From: Octopus vulgaris
Taxonomy: Eukaryota
Assembly (NCBI GenBank): GCA_951406725.2
Contig: OX597814.1
Coordinates: 204,972,001-205,036,000 of the forward strand
Reading direction: 5' to 3'
Length of the DNA stretch: 64,000 bases
Of the stretch, positions 50,901 through 64,000 are shown piece after piece. The translations under genes were made by a program, and so were the position numbers. Position 1 is the first letter of the stretch. Every line of letters starts with the position of its first letter. The notes under the pieces are model-generated. The model did not search any database. It worked only from the letters and a program-made list of their open reading frames with translations, and was not told the origin of the DNA.

Positions 50901-51362
50901 ATAAAGTACATGAAAGATATAAATATATACATGAAACAAGATTCACGTACAAATCAATAAATATAAATATATACAAATAAATACACACTTACATATGCAT
51001 CATCATCATCGTTTAATGTCCGTTCTCCATGCTAGCATGGGGTGGACGGTTCGACCGGGGTCTGGGAAGCCAGAAGGCTGCACCAGGCTCCGGTCTTATC
51101 TGGCAATGTTTCTACAGCTGGATGCCCTTCCTAATGCCAACCACTCCGTGAGTGTAGTGGGTGCTTTTTACGTGCCACCTGCACTGGTGCCAGGCGAGGC
51201 TGGCATCGGCGACGGTCGGATTGGTGCATTTTATGGAAGCCAGTCGAGGCGGCACTGACTTTGGCTTAGGCTCATATATATATATATACATACATAAGCA
51301 AATATATACACCTAAACATAAATAGACATAATTAAACATGCGCACAAATATATAGACAATTA

Positions 51363-51408
<46 letters not shown>

Positions 51409-51591
51409 TACTGGAGCGCAACATATACGTCCATGTCTATGAGTACATATATAATATTTAATTATTACTAACATTATTATTATTATTAATAATAACAATA
51501 ATATATATACACACACACACACATATATACATACACACACACATAACATACACACACACACACACACACATATATACATACACACACACAC

Positions 51592-51630
<39 letters not shown>

Positions 51631-51677
51631 TACACACACACATATACATACACACACATATACACACAAACACACAC

Positions 51678-51712
<35 letters not shown>

Positions 51713-51993
51713 TTTACTTGTTTCAGTCATTTGACTGTGGCCATGCTGGAGCACCGCCTTTAGTCGAGGAAATCGACCCCAGAACTTATTCTTTGTAAGC
51801 CTAGTACTTATTCTATCGGTCTCTTTTGCCGAACCGCTAAGTTACGGAGACGTAAACACACCAGCATCGGTTGTCAAGCGATGTTGGAGGGGGGGGGGGA
51901 CAAGCACAACACACATACATATATATATATATATATGTATATGCATATATACGATGGGCGTCTTTCAGTTTCCATCTACCAAATCCACTCACA

Positions 51994-52032
<39 letters not shown>

Positions 52033-52053
52033 GATCGATAGATATACATACAT

Positions 52054-52104
<51 letters not shown>

Positions 52105-52523
52105 TAGATATACATACATACACACACATATATACATATACATGCATGTATCAATCTATATTATAACCACTAGTAAAGTAAATATTTTATGTAATTTTTA
52201 TGTATATTTTCTTAGTAACTAAAATGAGTACTAAATAGATACAATGTATTTATCACCCGATATTTCTATGTAAATCATAAATTTACTTACATATTATTAA
52301 ATGTAAAAAATAAATTCTTACAATTAGCTGCACATGTATAATTTAAACGAAAAGAAGTAATTCATGATTATTAATCTACAATAATTAATAAAGCCTACAA
52401 AATTATTTTTTATTATGAGGATTAATTGATTAGTTAACTCAAGAAACAACTATATAATCCAAACTTATGTTATAGAGATTTTATATATATACACACATCA
52501 CATAGTATAAACATATATATGCT

Positions 52524-52530
52524 GAAGTAT

Positions 52531-52576
<46 letters not shown>

Positions 52577-52766
52577 GTACATATACATACGCACACATAT
52601 AACAATATACACATGCACAGATATACTAATATTTACGTCCACAAAGTCGCAGATACAAATATATAGCTATGTCTATATTAATAAATATACAAGTACATAC
52701 ACATATACTTATATATCAACATATAGATCAATATATAGATCAACATATAGATAATATATGAAGTAT

Positions 52767-52799
<33 letters not shown>

Positions 52800-52960
52800 C
52801 GTACATATACATACGCACACATATAACAATATACACATGCACAGATATACTAATATTTACGTCCACAAAGTCGCAGATACAAATATATAGCTATGTCTAT
52901 ATTAATAAATATACAAGTACATACACATATACTTATATATCAACATATAGATCAATATAT
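52524..52960. repeat. direct tandem duplication of about 235 bp containing a TA tract
   Basis: gaagtatacac...gtccacaaagtcgcagatac...gatcaatatatag occurs twice in tandem. Confidence 0.85.
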
Positions 52961-53358
52961 AGGCGCAGGAGTGGCTGTGTGGTAAGTAGCCTGCTTACCG
53001 ACCACACGGTTCCGGGTTCAGTCCCACTGCGTGGCATCTTGGGCAAGTGTCTTCTGCTATAGCCCCGGGCCGACCAATGCCTTGTGAGTGGATTTGGTAG
53101 ACGGAAACTGAAAGAAGCCTGTCGTATATATGTATATATATATATGTATGTGTGTGTTTGTGTGTCTGTGTTTGTCCCCCTGGCATTGCTTGACAACCGA
53201 TGCTGGTGTGTTTATGTCCCCGTAACTTAGCGGTTCGGCAAAAAAAGACCGATAGAATAAGTACTGGGCTTACAAAGAATAAGTCCCGGGGTCGAGTTGC
53301 TCGACTAAAGGCGGTGCCCCAGCATGGCTGCAGTCAAATGACTGAAACAAGTAAAAGA
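52961..53358 (+). mobile_element. tRNA-derived SINE family A (probably octopus OR2/CORE-type), full length
   Basis: A-box gtggctgtgtggtaag, B-box gggttcagtccc, CORE-like ttgggcaagtgtc, internal TA/TG microsatellite, LINE-like 3' tail; family name is from recall. Confidence 0.8.
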
Positions 53359-53604
53359 ATATACCAACACAGACATATCCATATACCTATATACAGTTAG
53401 TAGGTTTCACAAATGAACAATTAAACTTATTTGTAGTTAAATAGTTTGATATAGACATTACGATCATAATAAAAAAAAACCCAGCAACCTACCTATGTCT
53501 ATAAATACAATGATACAGACAATTATAATACATATATATGTAAACCTGCATATATACAATATTAATTCATATAACAACCTACTTATATATATCTGCACAC
53601 ATAT

Positions 53605-53646
<42 letters not shown>

Positions 53647-53993
53647 AGCACGTAAAAAGCACCATCCGACCGTGCCCGTTTGCCAGCCCCATCTGGCACC
53701 TGTGCCGGTGGCACGTAAAAAGCACCATCCAACCGTGCCCGTTTGCCAGCCCTGTCTGGCACCTGTGCTGGTGGCACGTAAAAAGCACCATCCGACCGTG
53801 CCCGTTTGCCAGCCCCGTCTGGCACGTAAAAAGCACCCACTACACTCACGGAGTGGTTGGCGTTAGGAAGGGCATCCAGCCGTAGAAACATTGCCAGATC
53901 AGACTGGGCCTGGTGCAGCCTTCTAGCTTCCCAGACCCCAGTTGAACTGTCCAACCCATGCTAGCATGGAAAGCGGACGCTAGATGATGATGA

Positions 53994-54043
<50 letters not shown>

Positions 54044-55526
54044 CTAGCTAGAGTGGCCTTCATACTGTCATGAAGGGATGAATGTCTTTCTGTGATTCAT
54101 TCAATAATGCAGTTTCACCTGATGAAATGAATCAATGATGATGATCAACCGGATGCCCACAGACAATAATGTACCAATCCCAAGGATACCACCTCTGATG
54201 TAAAAGTCATGTGATTTGTGGGAACATGCATAGCGATGTATTAAATATTTATAAATTCCTTCCTGGAATTATTATTATTTGTTTCTTTATTACCCACAAG
54301 GGGCTAAATATAGAGGAGACAAACAAGGACAGACAAATGGATCGACAGTGCGTAACTGGTACTTAATTTATCGAAAAGATGAAAGGCAAAGTCGACCTTG
54401 GTGGAATTTGAACTCAGGACGTAATGACAGACGAAATACGGCTACACATTTCGCCCAGCCTGCTAACAGTTCTGCCAGCTCGCTGCCTTGAGAATTATTA
54501 TTATTATTATTACCTCTGCTGGCAATAAAGGGCCTCTCCCACAGAGTGAAAAGCAGATTGTATAATGCCTGTGCGCGAACAGCTATGCTTCATGACAGTG
54601 AAACATGGGCTGTGAGAGCCGAGGACATATGTAGGGTTGAAAGAAATGAAGCCAGTATGGTTCACTGGATGTGCAATGTCAGTGCGTATGTTTGACAGAG
54701 TGTAAGCATCTTGAGAGAAAAGTTAGGGATAAGATGCATCAGATGTTGTGTGCAAGAGGGATGACTGCACTGGTATGGTCATGGGATGTGTATGAATGAG
54801 GGCAGCTGTGTAAAGAAGTGCTGATCTCTAACTATGGAGGGAATCTGTGAAAGAGGTAGACCCAGGAAGACATGGGACAAAGTGTTGAAGCATACTCTTT
54901 GAACTTTGAACCTCCTAGAGGCAAAGACTAGTAACCAAGACCTTTGGTGATGGAGGTCAAGTGGTTGAGTTCTAATTAAGTGTTGGGCCTCACAGAAGCA
55001 AAGTGACTGAGTTCCTTTCAAGCACTGAGTCTCATGGAGGCAAAGTGGCTGAGTTCCTTTTCAGTGTTGGGTCTCAGAGAGGCAATGACCAAGACTTTCA
55101 GCATTATGTCATGCTTGGAAAGCTGACCCATCAAGCTGAGCAAAATTGCAGTTGTGGCAGATACTAGTGTTACGCAAATGACACCCATGCCACTGGCACA
55201 TAAAAGCACCCATTACACTCTCAGAGTGGTTGGTGTTAGGAAGGGCATCCAGCTGTAGAAACTCTGCCAGATCAGCCTGACGTCTAGTGCAGCCTTCCAG
55301 CCCTGGTCAAACGGTCCAACCCATGCCAGCATGGACAACGGATGTTTAATGATGATGACACACACACACACACACGTGTGTGTGTCTGTGTCTTTTTCAC
55401 CCTGCCACACACTCACTTGGCAACTGATGTTGGTGTATTTATATCCCTGTGACTTAGCAGTTCAGCAAAAGGAGCCAATATAATACGTATCAGGCTTAAA
55501 AAAATAATTACTGGGGTTGAGTCGTT

Positions 55527-55721
55527 TACTCTTTTACTTGTTTCAGTCATTGGACTGTGGCCATGCTGGAGCATCACCTTTAGTTGAGAAAATCGACCCC
55601 AGGACTTATTCTTTGTAAGCTTAGTACTTATTCTATTGGTTCTTCTGCTGAACCGCTAAGTTAAGGGGATGTAAACACAACAGCATCGGTTGTCAAAGCA
55701 ATGGTGGAGGGACAAACACAG

Positions 55722-55762
<41 letters not shown>

Positions 55763-55924
55763 ATGGGCTTCTTTCAATTTCCGTCTACCAAATCCACTTA
55801 CAAGGCTTTGGTCAGCCCGAGGCTATAGTAGAAGAAACTTGCCCAAGGTGCCACACAGTGGGACTGAACCCGGAACCACGTGGTTGGTAAGCAAGCTACT
55901 TGCCACACAGCCACTCCTGTGCCT
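55527..55924 (-). mobile_element. SINE family A, full length
   Basis: Reverse complement of 52961-53358. Confidence 0.8.
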
Positions 55925-56170
55925 CTTAGTATATTTACATTTGATATCTGCCAAATATGTTTATCATTGCTTTGTTTTATTTTGTGAAACGTTCTAACAA
56001 CTGTCTTAAAAAATAGAAAAAAGAAATAACCTTAGTGGGATTTGATCTCAGAACATAAGGAGGTGGAACAAATACTTTGAGAGGTTTTGTTTGACGTTCT
56101 AAATATTCTGCCAGTTCACCATCTTATTATTGTCTTCCACTAATAATAATAATAATAATAATAATAATAA

Positions 56171-56781
56171 GAGTGTGGAAAATGTGACCGACTTGGTGAA
56201 GTGGCTGTGAGAGCCTTGCACAAAAAGAATACAAGCACCGCCACGATAAAGTGTGTGTGTATCTTCATTGGTTTTTATACCGTAAATACCAATATGAAGT
56301 AACAGAGAACTGGTATGAGCATGTACCAAGTAAAGTTATGTAGGAGGATGGAAAAGTAACGATACTCTTGGGACTATAATTTTCAGACGAATCTTGTAAT
56401 CGAACACCGTCGGCTGGTCATATTGAATAAGAGAGACCAATACGGTCAGATTACTGATGTAGCCATACCAAATGACATGGATGTTGTGAGAGAAGAGGTT
56501 GAAAAAATCACCAAATACTCTGAACTGAAAGTGGAAATGGCAAGACTGTATTGAATGCGAGAGGGTAATGTAAAAGCGATACCAGTGGTGATCAGAGTGT
56601 TGGGCTCAATCCCATTGAAACTTCAAAACTTCTTAAGGCAACTGGAAACCCCATGCAAGAAGCAGCCTTATTGGGCACAGCAGACATCTTAAGGAAAGTA
56701 TTATCAGTCTGAGGTCCTTGTTGTGACTTGACAGATGACTAAAGACTCCGGTTCATTATTACCTACACTGTGTTATGAGGG
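56171..56781 (+). mobile_element. decayed Dong/R4-like non-LTR fragment flanked by (TAA)n
   Basis: LAQKEYKHRHDKV, DVAIP, KITKYSELK, IPVVI motifs (REL endonuclease region); TAA repeats on both sides. Confidence 0.65.
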
Positions 56782-58246
56782 AATAATAATAATAATTCTT
56801 TCTACGATAGGCACAAGTCGATTACAGTGTATAACTGGTACTTTATTTATCCCCCCTGAAAAGATAAAAGGCAAAGTCGACCTCAGCAGAACTTGAACTC
56901 AGAATGTAGCAATAGGCAAAATACCACTAAGCATTTTGCCCAGCATGCTAACAATTCTGCCAGCTTGGAACTGCACGCATATTGTGTAAAGTACTATCTG
57001 TCTGAAATCTTTGTTGTGACTTGAGAGACAGTACAAATCCCTGGTTGACACAAAGCACCATTCGAGCGTGATCGTTACCAGCGTCGCCTTATTGGTACTT
57101 GTGCCGGTGGTACATGAAAAAACATTCGAGCGAGGTCGTTACCAGTACCGCCTGACTGGTCCTCGTGCTGGTGGCACATAAAAGCACCCACTACACTCTT
57201 GGAGTGGTTAGCGTTAGGAAGGGCATCCAGCTGTAGAAACTCTGCCAGATCAGATTGGAGCCTGGTGCAGCCATCTGGCTCACCAGTCCTCAGTCAAACC
57301 GTCCAACCCATGCCAGCATGGAAAGCGGACTTTAAACGATGATGATGAAGAACAACCTCACGATATTGTATACTGTGTGAGGTCTATAATAATAATTTCT
57401 AATTTTGGGATGGGGAAGTTGATTACATTGCCCCCCCCCATGTTCAACTAGTAATTATGTTATCAATCCTGATGGGATGGAAGTCAAAGTGAACCTCTGT
57501 AGCATTTGAACCCAGAACATAAAGATGAACAAAATGCCGCTTTGCACGTTACCCGGCATGCTTATGATGCTTCCACTGCTTTAATGACAAAAACAACCAA
57601 CAATAATAATGATTTCAAACTTTTGCCATGAGGGCAGCTTGTGGGAGGGGATTAAATCGATTACATCGGCCCCAGTGCATAACTGATACTCGTTTGATTG
57701 ACCCCGAAAGGATGAAAGGCAAAGTCGACCTCGGCGGAATTTGAACTAAGAACATAGCAATGGGTGAAATACCACTAAGCATTTCTCCTGGCGTGCTAAT
57801 GATTCTGCCAGCTCGCCGCCTTCAACAGCAACAGCAGCCGTCCAAGAATTTGGACCTGGAGATCTCCATTTCCAGGGACTTCGAGGGCCACCTCCCAGTG
57901 GTGTTGGGCGTCAACGAAGAGCCCTCAACTACAACAAGATGACCAAAGTTTTTTTTCTCCCGCCCCTAAGCCCCAGGCCATCACCCTTACCCGTCTTGTT
58001 GCTTAACAGCAACAACAACCAATAATAATCATTTAAGTCCAAGGTCAGCAATTTTGAGGTTAGAATTTGCCAATTACATCAACCCCAGTATTTAACTGGT
58101 ACTTTATTTTATCAACATGGAAAGTATGAAAGACAAAGTTGAACTCAGAAGATTAGAGTACTGGAAAAAAACTGATGCTCTTAATAGTGTCAGTTCCTGA
58201 TCCTTTCCAATAATGAAACTTATTGCTTGTTTGTCTTTATTTTCAG

Positions 58247-58369
58247 ATTTACAAGAATTTGTACAGTGCCATGACACAAGGAAAACATGTGTTTGAGCGG
58301 CCAGAATGGTGGAAAGAATTTTCCAGTCCTATTACTGTTGGTTCTTTACCAACAAAGAGCAAACTGTGA
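58247..58369 (+). CDS. ACOX3: ACOX3 last coding exon ending in PTS1 (IYKNLYSAM...ERPEWWKEF...LPTKSKL*)
   Basis: tttcag| acceptor; AGC AAA CTG TGA TGA gives C-terminal SKL followed by tandem stops. Confidence 0.95.
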   Translation: MYKNLYSAMTQGKHVFERPEWWKEFSSPITVGSLPTKSKL

Positions 58370-59112
58370 TGATGTTGACGGGGGCCATTGCTTGCTGTTA
58401 TATTAACACAGAAATATTGTTAAACCCAAGAAATATATATTTTTTATGACCTGTTCTTCAAATTTTACTTTGTTAAACTAAATATATTGCTTATTGTCAT
58501 CAACAGATCTTGTTTTAAATTCTTATTATTGTTTTCAGTCATTAGCCATACTGGAGCACCGTCTTTGAGGTGTTTCAGTTGATTATTGTTGTGAAGTAAA
58601 CTTATTAACTATATGGCCTTGATAGGTTTTTATAAATAATTTATAAATCATTATTGAACCAACTCACCACCAAACAAAAAAATGTAAAATTTTTTAAATG
58701 AAGTGCACTTCTATTTTTTTTTCATAATTTTTATTCTTTGATAATTTTAATATTAAATAATAAAAGATTTAGTGGGATTTTGATAAATTAATTCAAGTTT
58801 CACCTGGAGGTAGACCAGTAAGGAGTAACCTCTTTGACTCCACCCCACTAATAACCAACCACTTGTCCTCACTGAAACTGTTCTAAACACCCACCCCTTT
58901 CACACATTAAGTCTTGTCTACAGTTGATATCTGTTAGATATAGCATTACTATAACCCAAAGGTTTCTGGTTCAATTTTTAGTTATTGTTGTTAATTCTTC
59001 TCTTGACACCTGGCCCCACCATGTACTATGTAAATTACTTTCTTTATAAAAGAATCATCACCTGTAATTTCTCATTTCTATCTCATGAAATCGAATGGCC
59101 GAGAAGCTAATG

Positions 59113-59295
59113 CAGGGGTCCCCAAACTTTTTAGATCATCAACCCCTTCATGGAATCCTTGAGCCCTCATCGACACTCCCAAGCATGTACAAGAAGATAA
59201 ATAGATAATAATTAAGTAGATGTGCATTCATCAACCCCTTGAATAGTTCCATCAACCCCCTAGGGGTTTTGCAGGGACCACTTTGGAGACCCCTG
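59113..59295. mobile_element. hAT-type MITE
   Basis: CAGGGGTC.CCAAA...TTTGGAGACCCCTG TIRs; near-identical 8-bp flanks agctaatg/gcctaatg. Confidence 0.7.
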
Positions 59296-60224
59296 GCCTA
59301 ATGTATTGTATGACTGACTCCTATGGTTAGTTCAGTATGCCACATTACTTTAGCAGATCCTGGTTCTAAAGAAGGTGTAGTTTAACTGATGTGTAACATT
59401 CCTAAAATGGGTCCTGGCACTAGGAAAGGCTCAGTTTAGATGATATCACATGATAGAAAGCAAAAAAAACAAAATTTAGAACAATAAAAGAAAAAAAAAT
59501 ATTTACCTTTGAACTAATCATACTCTCTCTGCGTAGTGCGGTGGTGGTGGTGATGGAGGTAGGGGTGGTGATGATTATGAGAATATTAATTATTCCTAAT
59601 TTGTGCAAATGAGTTCCCGAATAAACACTGAACGTTATGAGTAAAAGCACTTTGATGTTTAACACTTTGACATTTAAACAAGCCAGATCCAGACCAAATA
59701 TTCCACACTGGACAGAGCTCAGCTCTCAAACCTACCTTGCAATGTTGTTCTAAAAAGACAAAAAAAAACAACAATTACATCATTAATTCTCAAAGCTGCG
59801 AGATAATGCATGATTAATTAAAAACAATTTGAATAAATAAGAATTCCATTTGACTAATTAACTTGAGTGTTAAAGGTGTTAAATTAAAATTAGGTTGATT
59901 AATTCTTATATTGTAACAACAGAGTTTTTCAAGATCTGTAATTTTCCAAACTCCATTCATGTTTCCAAGTGATTCTGTTTTCTTTGACAGTTCAGTCTTT
60001 ACAAAATCAAAAATCTTGTATATTTTTCTAATCTGTTAAATATATTCAGCTTTAAATAAAAAGACAAAATATAACTAAAAATAAAACAAACATACAAAAA
60101 CATGCCTGTTATCAACATGGTATGTATGTGTTTGTGGCAATCAGTAATAATTTAATTAAAGAATTTATAATGAAGTTGACATTCGTTGTTGTAATTTGAG
60201 TCCCTTGTTATTTTTGTAATTAAT

Positions 60225-61080
60225 GAAGCACGGCCTTCGAACTTTAGGTCTCACCAAGGAAATGACTAGAGACCGAGACCTATGGAAGTATGCTGTGCGT
60301 GAGAAGACCCGGCAAGACCAGTGAGAACAGTCAAATCAAACCAAATCAACATCAGTGGAAATTGCAGCTGTGGTTAAGCGAACCATCCGATCGTTTGTCC
60401 GTTGCCAGCCTCGCCTGGCCCTTGTGATGGTAGCACGTAAAAACACCATCCGTTTGTGTCTGTTGCCAGCCTCGCACCATCCGCTTGTGTCCGTTGCCAG
60501 CCTCGCCAGGCCCTTGTGATGGTAGCACGTAAAAACACCATCCGTTCGTGTCCGTTGCCAGCCTCGCCTGGCCCTTGTGATGGTAGCACGTAAAAACACC
60601 ATCCATTCGTGTCCGTTGCCAGCCTCGCCTGGCCCCCGTGCTGTAGGCACGTAAAACCACCATCCGCTCGTGTCCGTTGCCAGCCTTGCCTGGCCCCCGT
60701 GCCGTTGGCACGTAAAAGCACCGTCCGCTCGTGTCCGTTGCCAGCCTCGTCTGGCCCCGTGCTGGTAGCACGTAAAAGCACCATCTGTTTGTGTCCGTTG
60801 CCAGCCTCGCCTGGCCCCCTGTGCCGGTGGCACGTAAAACACCATCTGTTCGTGGCCGTTTGCCAGCTCTGTCTGGCACCTGTGGAGATGGCACGTAAAA
60901 AGCACCCACTACACTCACGGAGTGGTTGGCGTTAGGAAGGGCATCCAGCCGTAGAAACACTGCCAAATCTGACTGGGCCTGATGAAGCCTTCCGGCTTCA
61001 CAGACCCCAGTTAAACCGTCCAACCCATGCTAGCATGGAAAACGGACGCTAAATGATGATGATGATGATGATGATGATGA
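60225..61080 (+). mobile_element. RTE LINE 3' end with expanded ~58-bp tandem modules in the 3' UTR
   Basis: Ends of ORF (KHGLRTLGLTKEMTRDRDLWKYAVREKTRQDQ*), repeated gcacgtaaaa.cacc modules, (GAT)n tail. Confidence 0.85.
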
Positions 61081-62790
61081 AGCTAGTATGCTCCGCTGGT
61101 TGTGTAAAGTCAGTGTGCATACACGACAGAGTGTAAGCACCCTGAGAGAAAAGTTGGACACAGAAGCAAAAGAGACGATTGAGCTGGTATGGTCAAGTGT
61201 GTTGTGTATGGATGAGGACAGTTGTGTGAAGAGGTGACACACCCTACTAGTGGAGGGAACCTGTGGGAGAAGTAGACCCAGGAAGACATGGGATAAGGTG
61301 GTGAAGCACGACCTTTGAACATTGGGCCTCAGAGAAGCAATGATAGGAGACTGAGACCTTTGGAGATATGCTGTGTTTGAGAAGACCTGGTAAACCAACT
61401 GAGATTGTAGATGTGGTGATGCCAGTGTCGAATAAATGGCTCGTTTAAAAGTATCCTTCAATCGTCGGGGCAATATTCTGTGCAGAAATGTTAGCACACC
61501 AGGCAAAATGCTTATCGGTATTTCGTCTGCCGTTATGTTCTGAGCTCAAGTTCCGCCGAGGTCGACTTTACCTTTCATCCTTACGGGGTCGATTAAATAA
61601 GCACCAGTTACGCACTGGGGTCGATATAATCGACTTAATCCGTTTGTCTGTCCTTGTTTGTCCTCTCTGTGTTTGGCCCCTTGTGGGTAGTAAAGAATTA
61701 GGTATTTCATCTGTCTTTATGTTCTGTGTTCAAATTCTGCTGAGGTCGGCTTTGCCTTTCATCCTTTCAGGGTTGATAAATTAAGTTCCAGTTGCGTACT
61801 GGGGTTGATCTAATCGACTGCACTCCCCCACTCAAATTTCGGGCCTTGTGTCTAGTGTAGAAAAGAATATTCTGTGCTTGAGAAGACTTGTGGCCGATGC
61901 TAGTACCACCCTGAGTGGCATGTAAAAAGCACCATTTGAGCATGGCCAAGCATGGTTGATGCCAGTGTTGCATGACTGGTTCCCATGTCAGTGGCACATA
62001 CAATGAAGATGATGAAAGTAAAAAAGATATATTTTTTTATCTTTTACTCGTTTCAATCATTGGACTGTGGCCATGCTGGGGCACTGCCTCGAAAGGTTTA
62101 GTTGAACAAATTGACCTGAGCCCTTCTGCTTTTTTAAGCCTGGGTCTTCTATCAGTTTGAATCGCTAAGTTGTAGGGCTGGGGTGACAGACATAAACACA
62201 CACATAAACGTGTGTGTATATATATTCTTTTACTTGTTTCAGTCATTTGACTGTAGCCACGCTGGAGCACTGCCTTTAGTCGAACAAATCTGCCCAAGGA
62301 CTTATTCTTTGTAAGCTTAGCACTTATTCTATTGTTCACTTTTGCTGACCCGCTAAGTTACGAGTATGTAAACACACCAATATTGGTTGTCAGCGATGGG
62401 GGGGGGACAAAAACAGACACACAAGTATATACATATACATATATATATATTATCATCATCATCATCATCATCATCGTTTAGCGTCCGCTTTCCATGCTAG
62501 CATGGGTTGGACGGTTCAACTGGGGTCTGTGAAGCTGGAAGGCTTCGTCAGGCCCAGTCAGACCTGGCAGTGTTTCTACGGCTGGATGCTCTTCCTAACG
62601 CCAACCACTCCGTATATATACATACACACACAACGGGATTCTTCTAGTTTCTGTCGATCAAATCCACTCGCAAGGGTTTGGTCAGCCTGAAGATATAGTA
62701 GAAGACACTTGCCCAAGGTGCCATACAAAGGGACTGAACCTGGAACCATGTGGTTGGGAAGCAAGCTTCTTACTGCAAAGCCACTCTGTG

Positions 62791-62838
<48 letters not shown>

Positions 62839-64000
62839 CATACTTTAATGTATGTTTTCCAAGGTAGCATGGGTTAGACACTTTGACAGTAGCTGGTAAG
62901 GCCTGGTCCTTAAAAAGCACTATTTGGGTGTGGCCGATGCCAGTGCTGCCTGACTGGCACTTGTGCCAAATTTTCTGCACTTTTCAATGTATTGACATCT
63001 GCAACAAGTCTAAGTGCAGTTAATTCAAGAAGTGTTATATGTTAGTCATCATCATCATCATCAAGATGTCTGTTTTCTATACTGGCATAAGTTAGATGGT
63101 TTTTCTGGAATTGGTAAGCCGGAGAGCTGCACCAGGTTCCAGTTTGAATTTGACTTGGTTTCTACAACTGGATGCACGTCCTAATGCCATGCAACAGGTG
63201 CTACCCATTTTTGCCAGCTGAATGGACTGGGGCAATGGGAAATAAGAGCACAGTACACAACCAGGAATAAAGCTATGAACCGAATACCCAAACCCCTAAA
63301 CCACATGCCTCCGTGGCCCATCTAGCCAACATGCATTGGGTTCAGTTCCTGGTCTAAGCAATACATTGTGTTCTTGAGCATGGTACTTCACTTGACATTG
63401 CTCCAGTACACTTAGTTAGATTTGAATACCAACTCATAGATGGTGTAGCCTTCTCTCACCTCCATCTTTCACACCCTCAAAGTGCCACCAAGTGACGATT
63501 TGGGAGCATCTAGAAGGTACTTGCGTCTGATCCTAACAACATCGGCACCTAAAACTATTGGTAAACCATGGCAACTCCTACCATATCGTTTTCCCTGGTG
63601 TGAGATAGCTAGGCTTGTTTCATTTTTCTTGGGACTACATCATACAATATGTTCTTTCTAAAAGCTGGAATGGTTTGAGGAATACTTGACTGCTATATCT
63701 AGCAAGCAGAGCAACCACATAGGGAGCTTCCCCCTCATTATTTCATGGAAATGGTTGGAATTGTAAGGAATTGGTTTAAGTATAATTCAGATGGTTCTAT
63801 GTAAATGAGGGACATGTCTGATAAGAAGAAGAGTATCTGGACCTGGCACAGTAAGGAAAACTGGTGGGCATCCATTGGGGTCCTTACTGCATGTCAGAAG
63901 GGGACAGCTTAGTCAAAGCTGATCTTCAGCATAACAACAACAGCAACTAAAACAACAAACCTTTGACTCACTGATGTTCTTTATTCCAGTGTCATGTTGT

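Larger units (their letters stand above)
8443..58369 (+). other. ACOX3: ACOX3 gene, 5'-partial (12 coding exons in window, 1740 nt CDS incl. stop)
   Basis: Manually spliced exons with AG/GT boundaries and consistent phases give 579 aa. Acyl-CoA oxidase motifs [50 protein letters not shown] are present, with a C-terminal SKL. The spacing and residues resemble vertebrate ACOX3. Confidence 0.93.

Noticed and set aside
60336-61023. Repetitive 136-223 aa ORFs and a CRISPR-like look
   Set aside because: Tandem modules of the RTE 3' UTR; non-coding

Overview
This is repeat-rich, AT-rich eukaryotic genomic DNA, and the SINE/LINE repertoire suggests an octopus or other coleoid cephalopod (inference). 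The backbone is a + strand peroxisomal acyl-CoA oxidase 3 (ACOX3) gene. I reconstructed 12 GT-AG coding exons between 8443 and 58369. They splice in frame to 579 aa, carry the TEMGHGS, CGGNGY and TYEGDN motifs, and end in the PTS1 signal SKL; about 120 N-terminal aa lie upstream of the window. The introns hold a near-full-length CR1/L2-group LINE, a 5'-truncated RTE LINE with a PHD finger inside its RT, and R4/Dong-like REL fragments. They also hold several tRNA-derived SINE families, two non-autonomous Helitrons, piggyBac-, hAT- and Ginger-type MITEs and a 29-bp satellite. The most notable signal is a set of type I hammerhead ribozyme motifs: two with intact cores and long stem II, an inverted pair of decayed ones, and a minimal relic. 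The two intact ones sit in non-coding (TA)n-anchored elements that look Penelope/retrozyme-derived. Other notable items are the LINE ORF1 with Myb/trihelix plus CCCH domains, a modular repeat array in that LINE's 5' region, and an unexplained 2.3 kb block with mitochondrial-like base skew. Most ORFs in the supplied track are artefacts of repeats.
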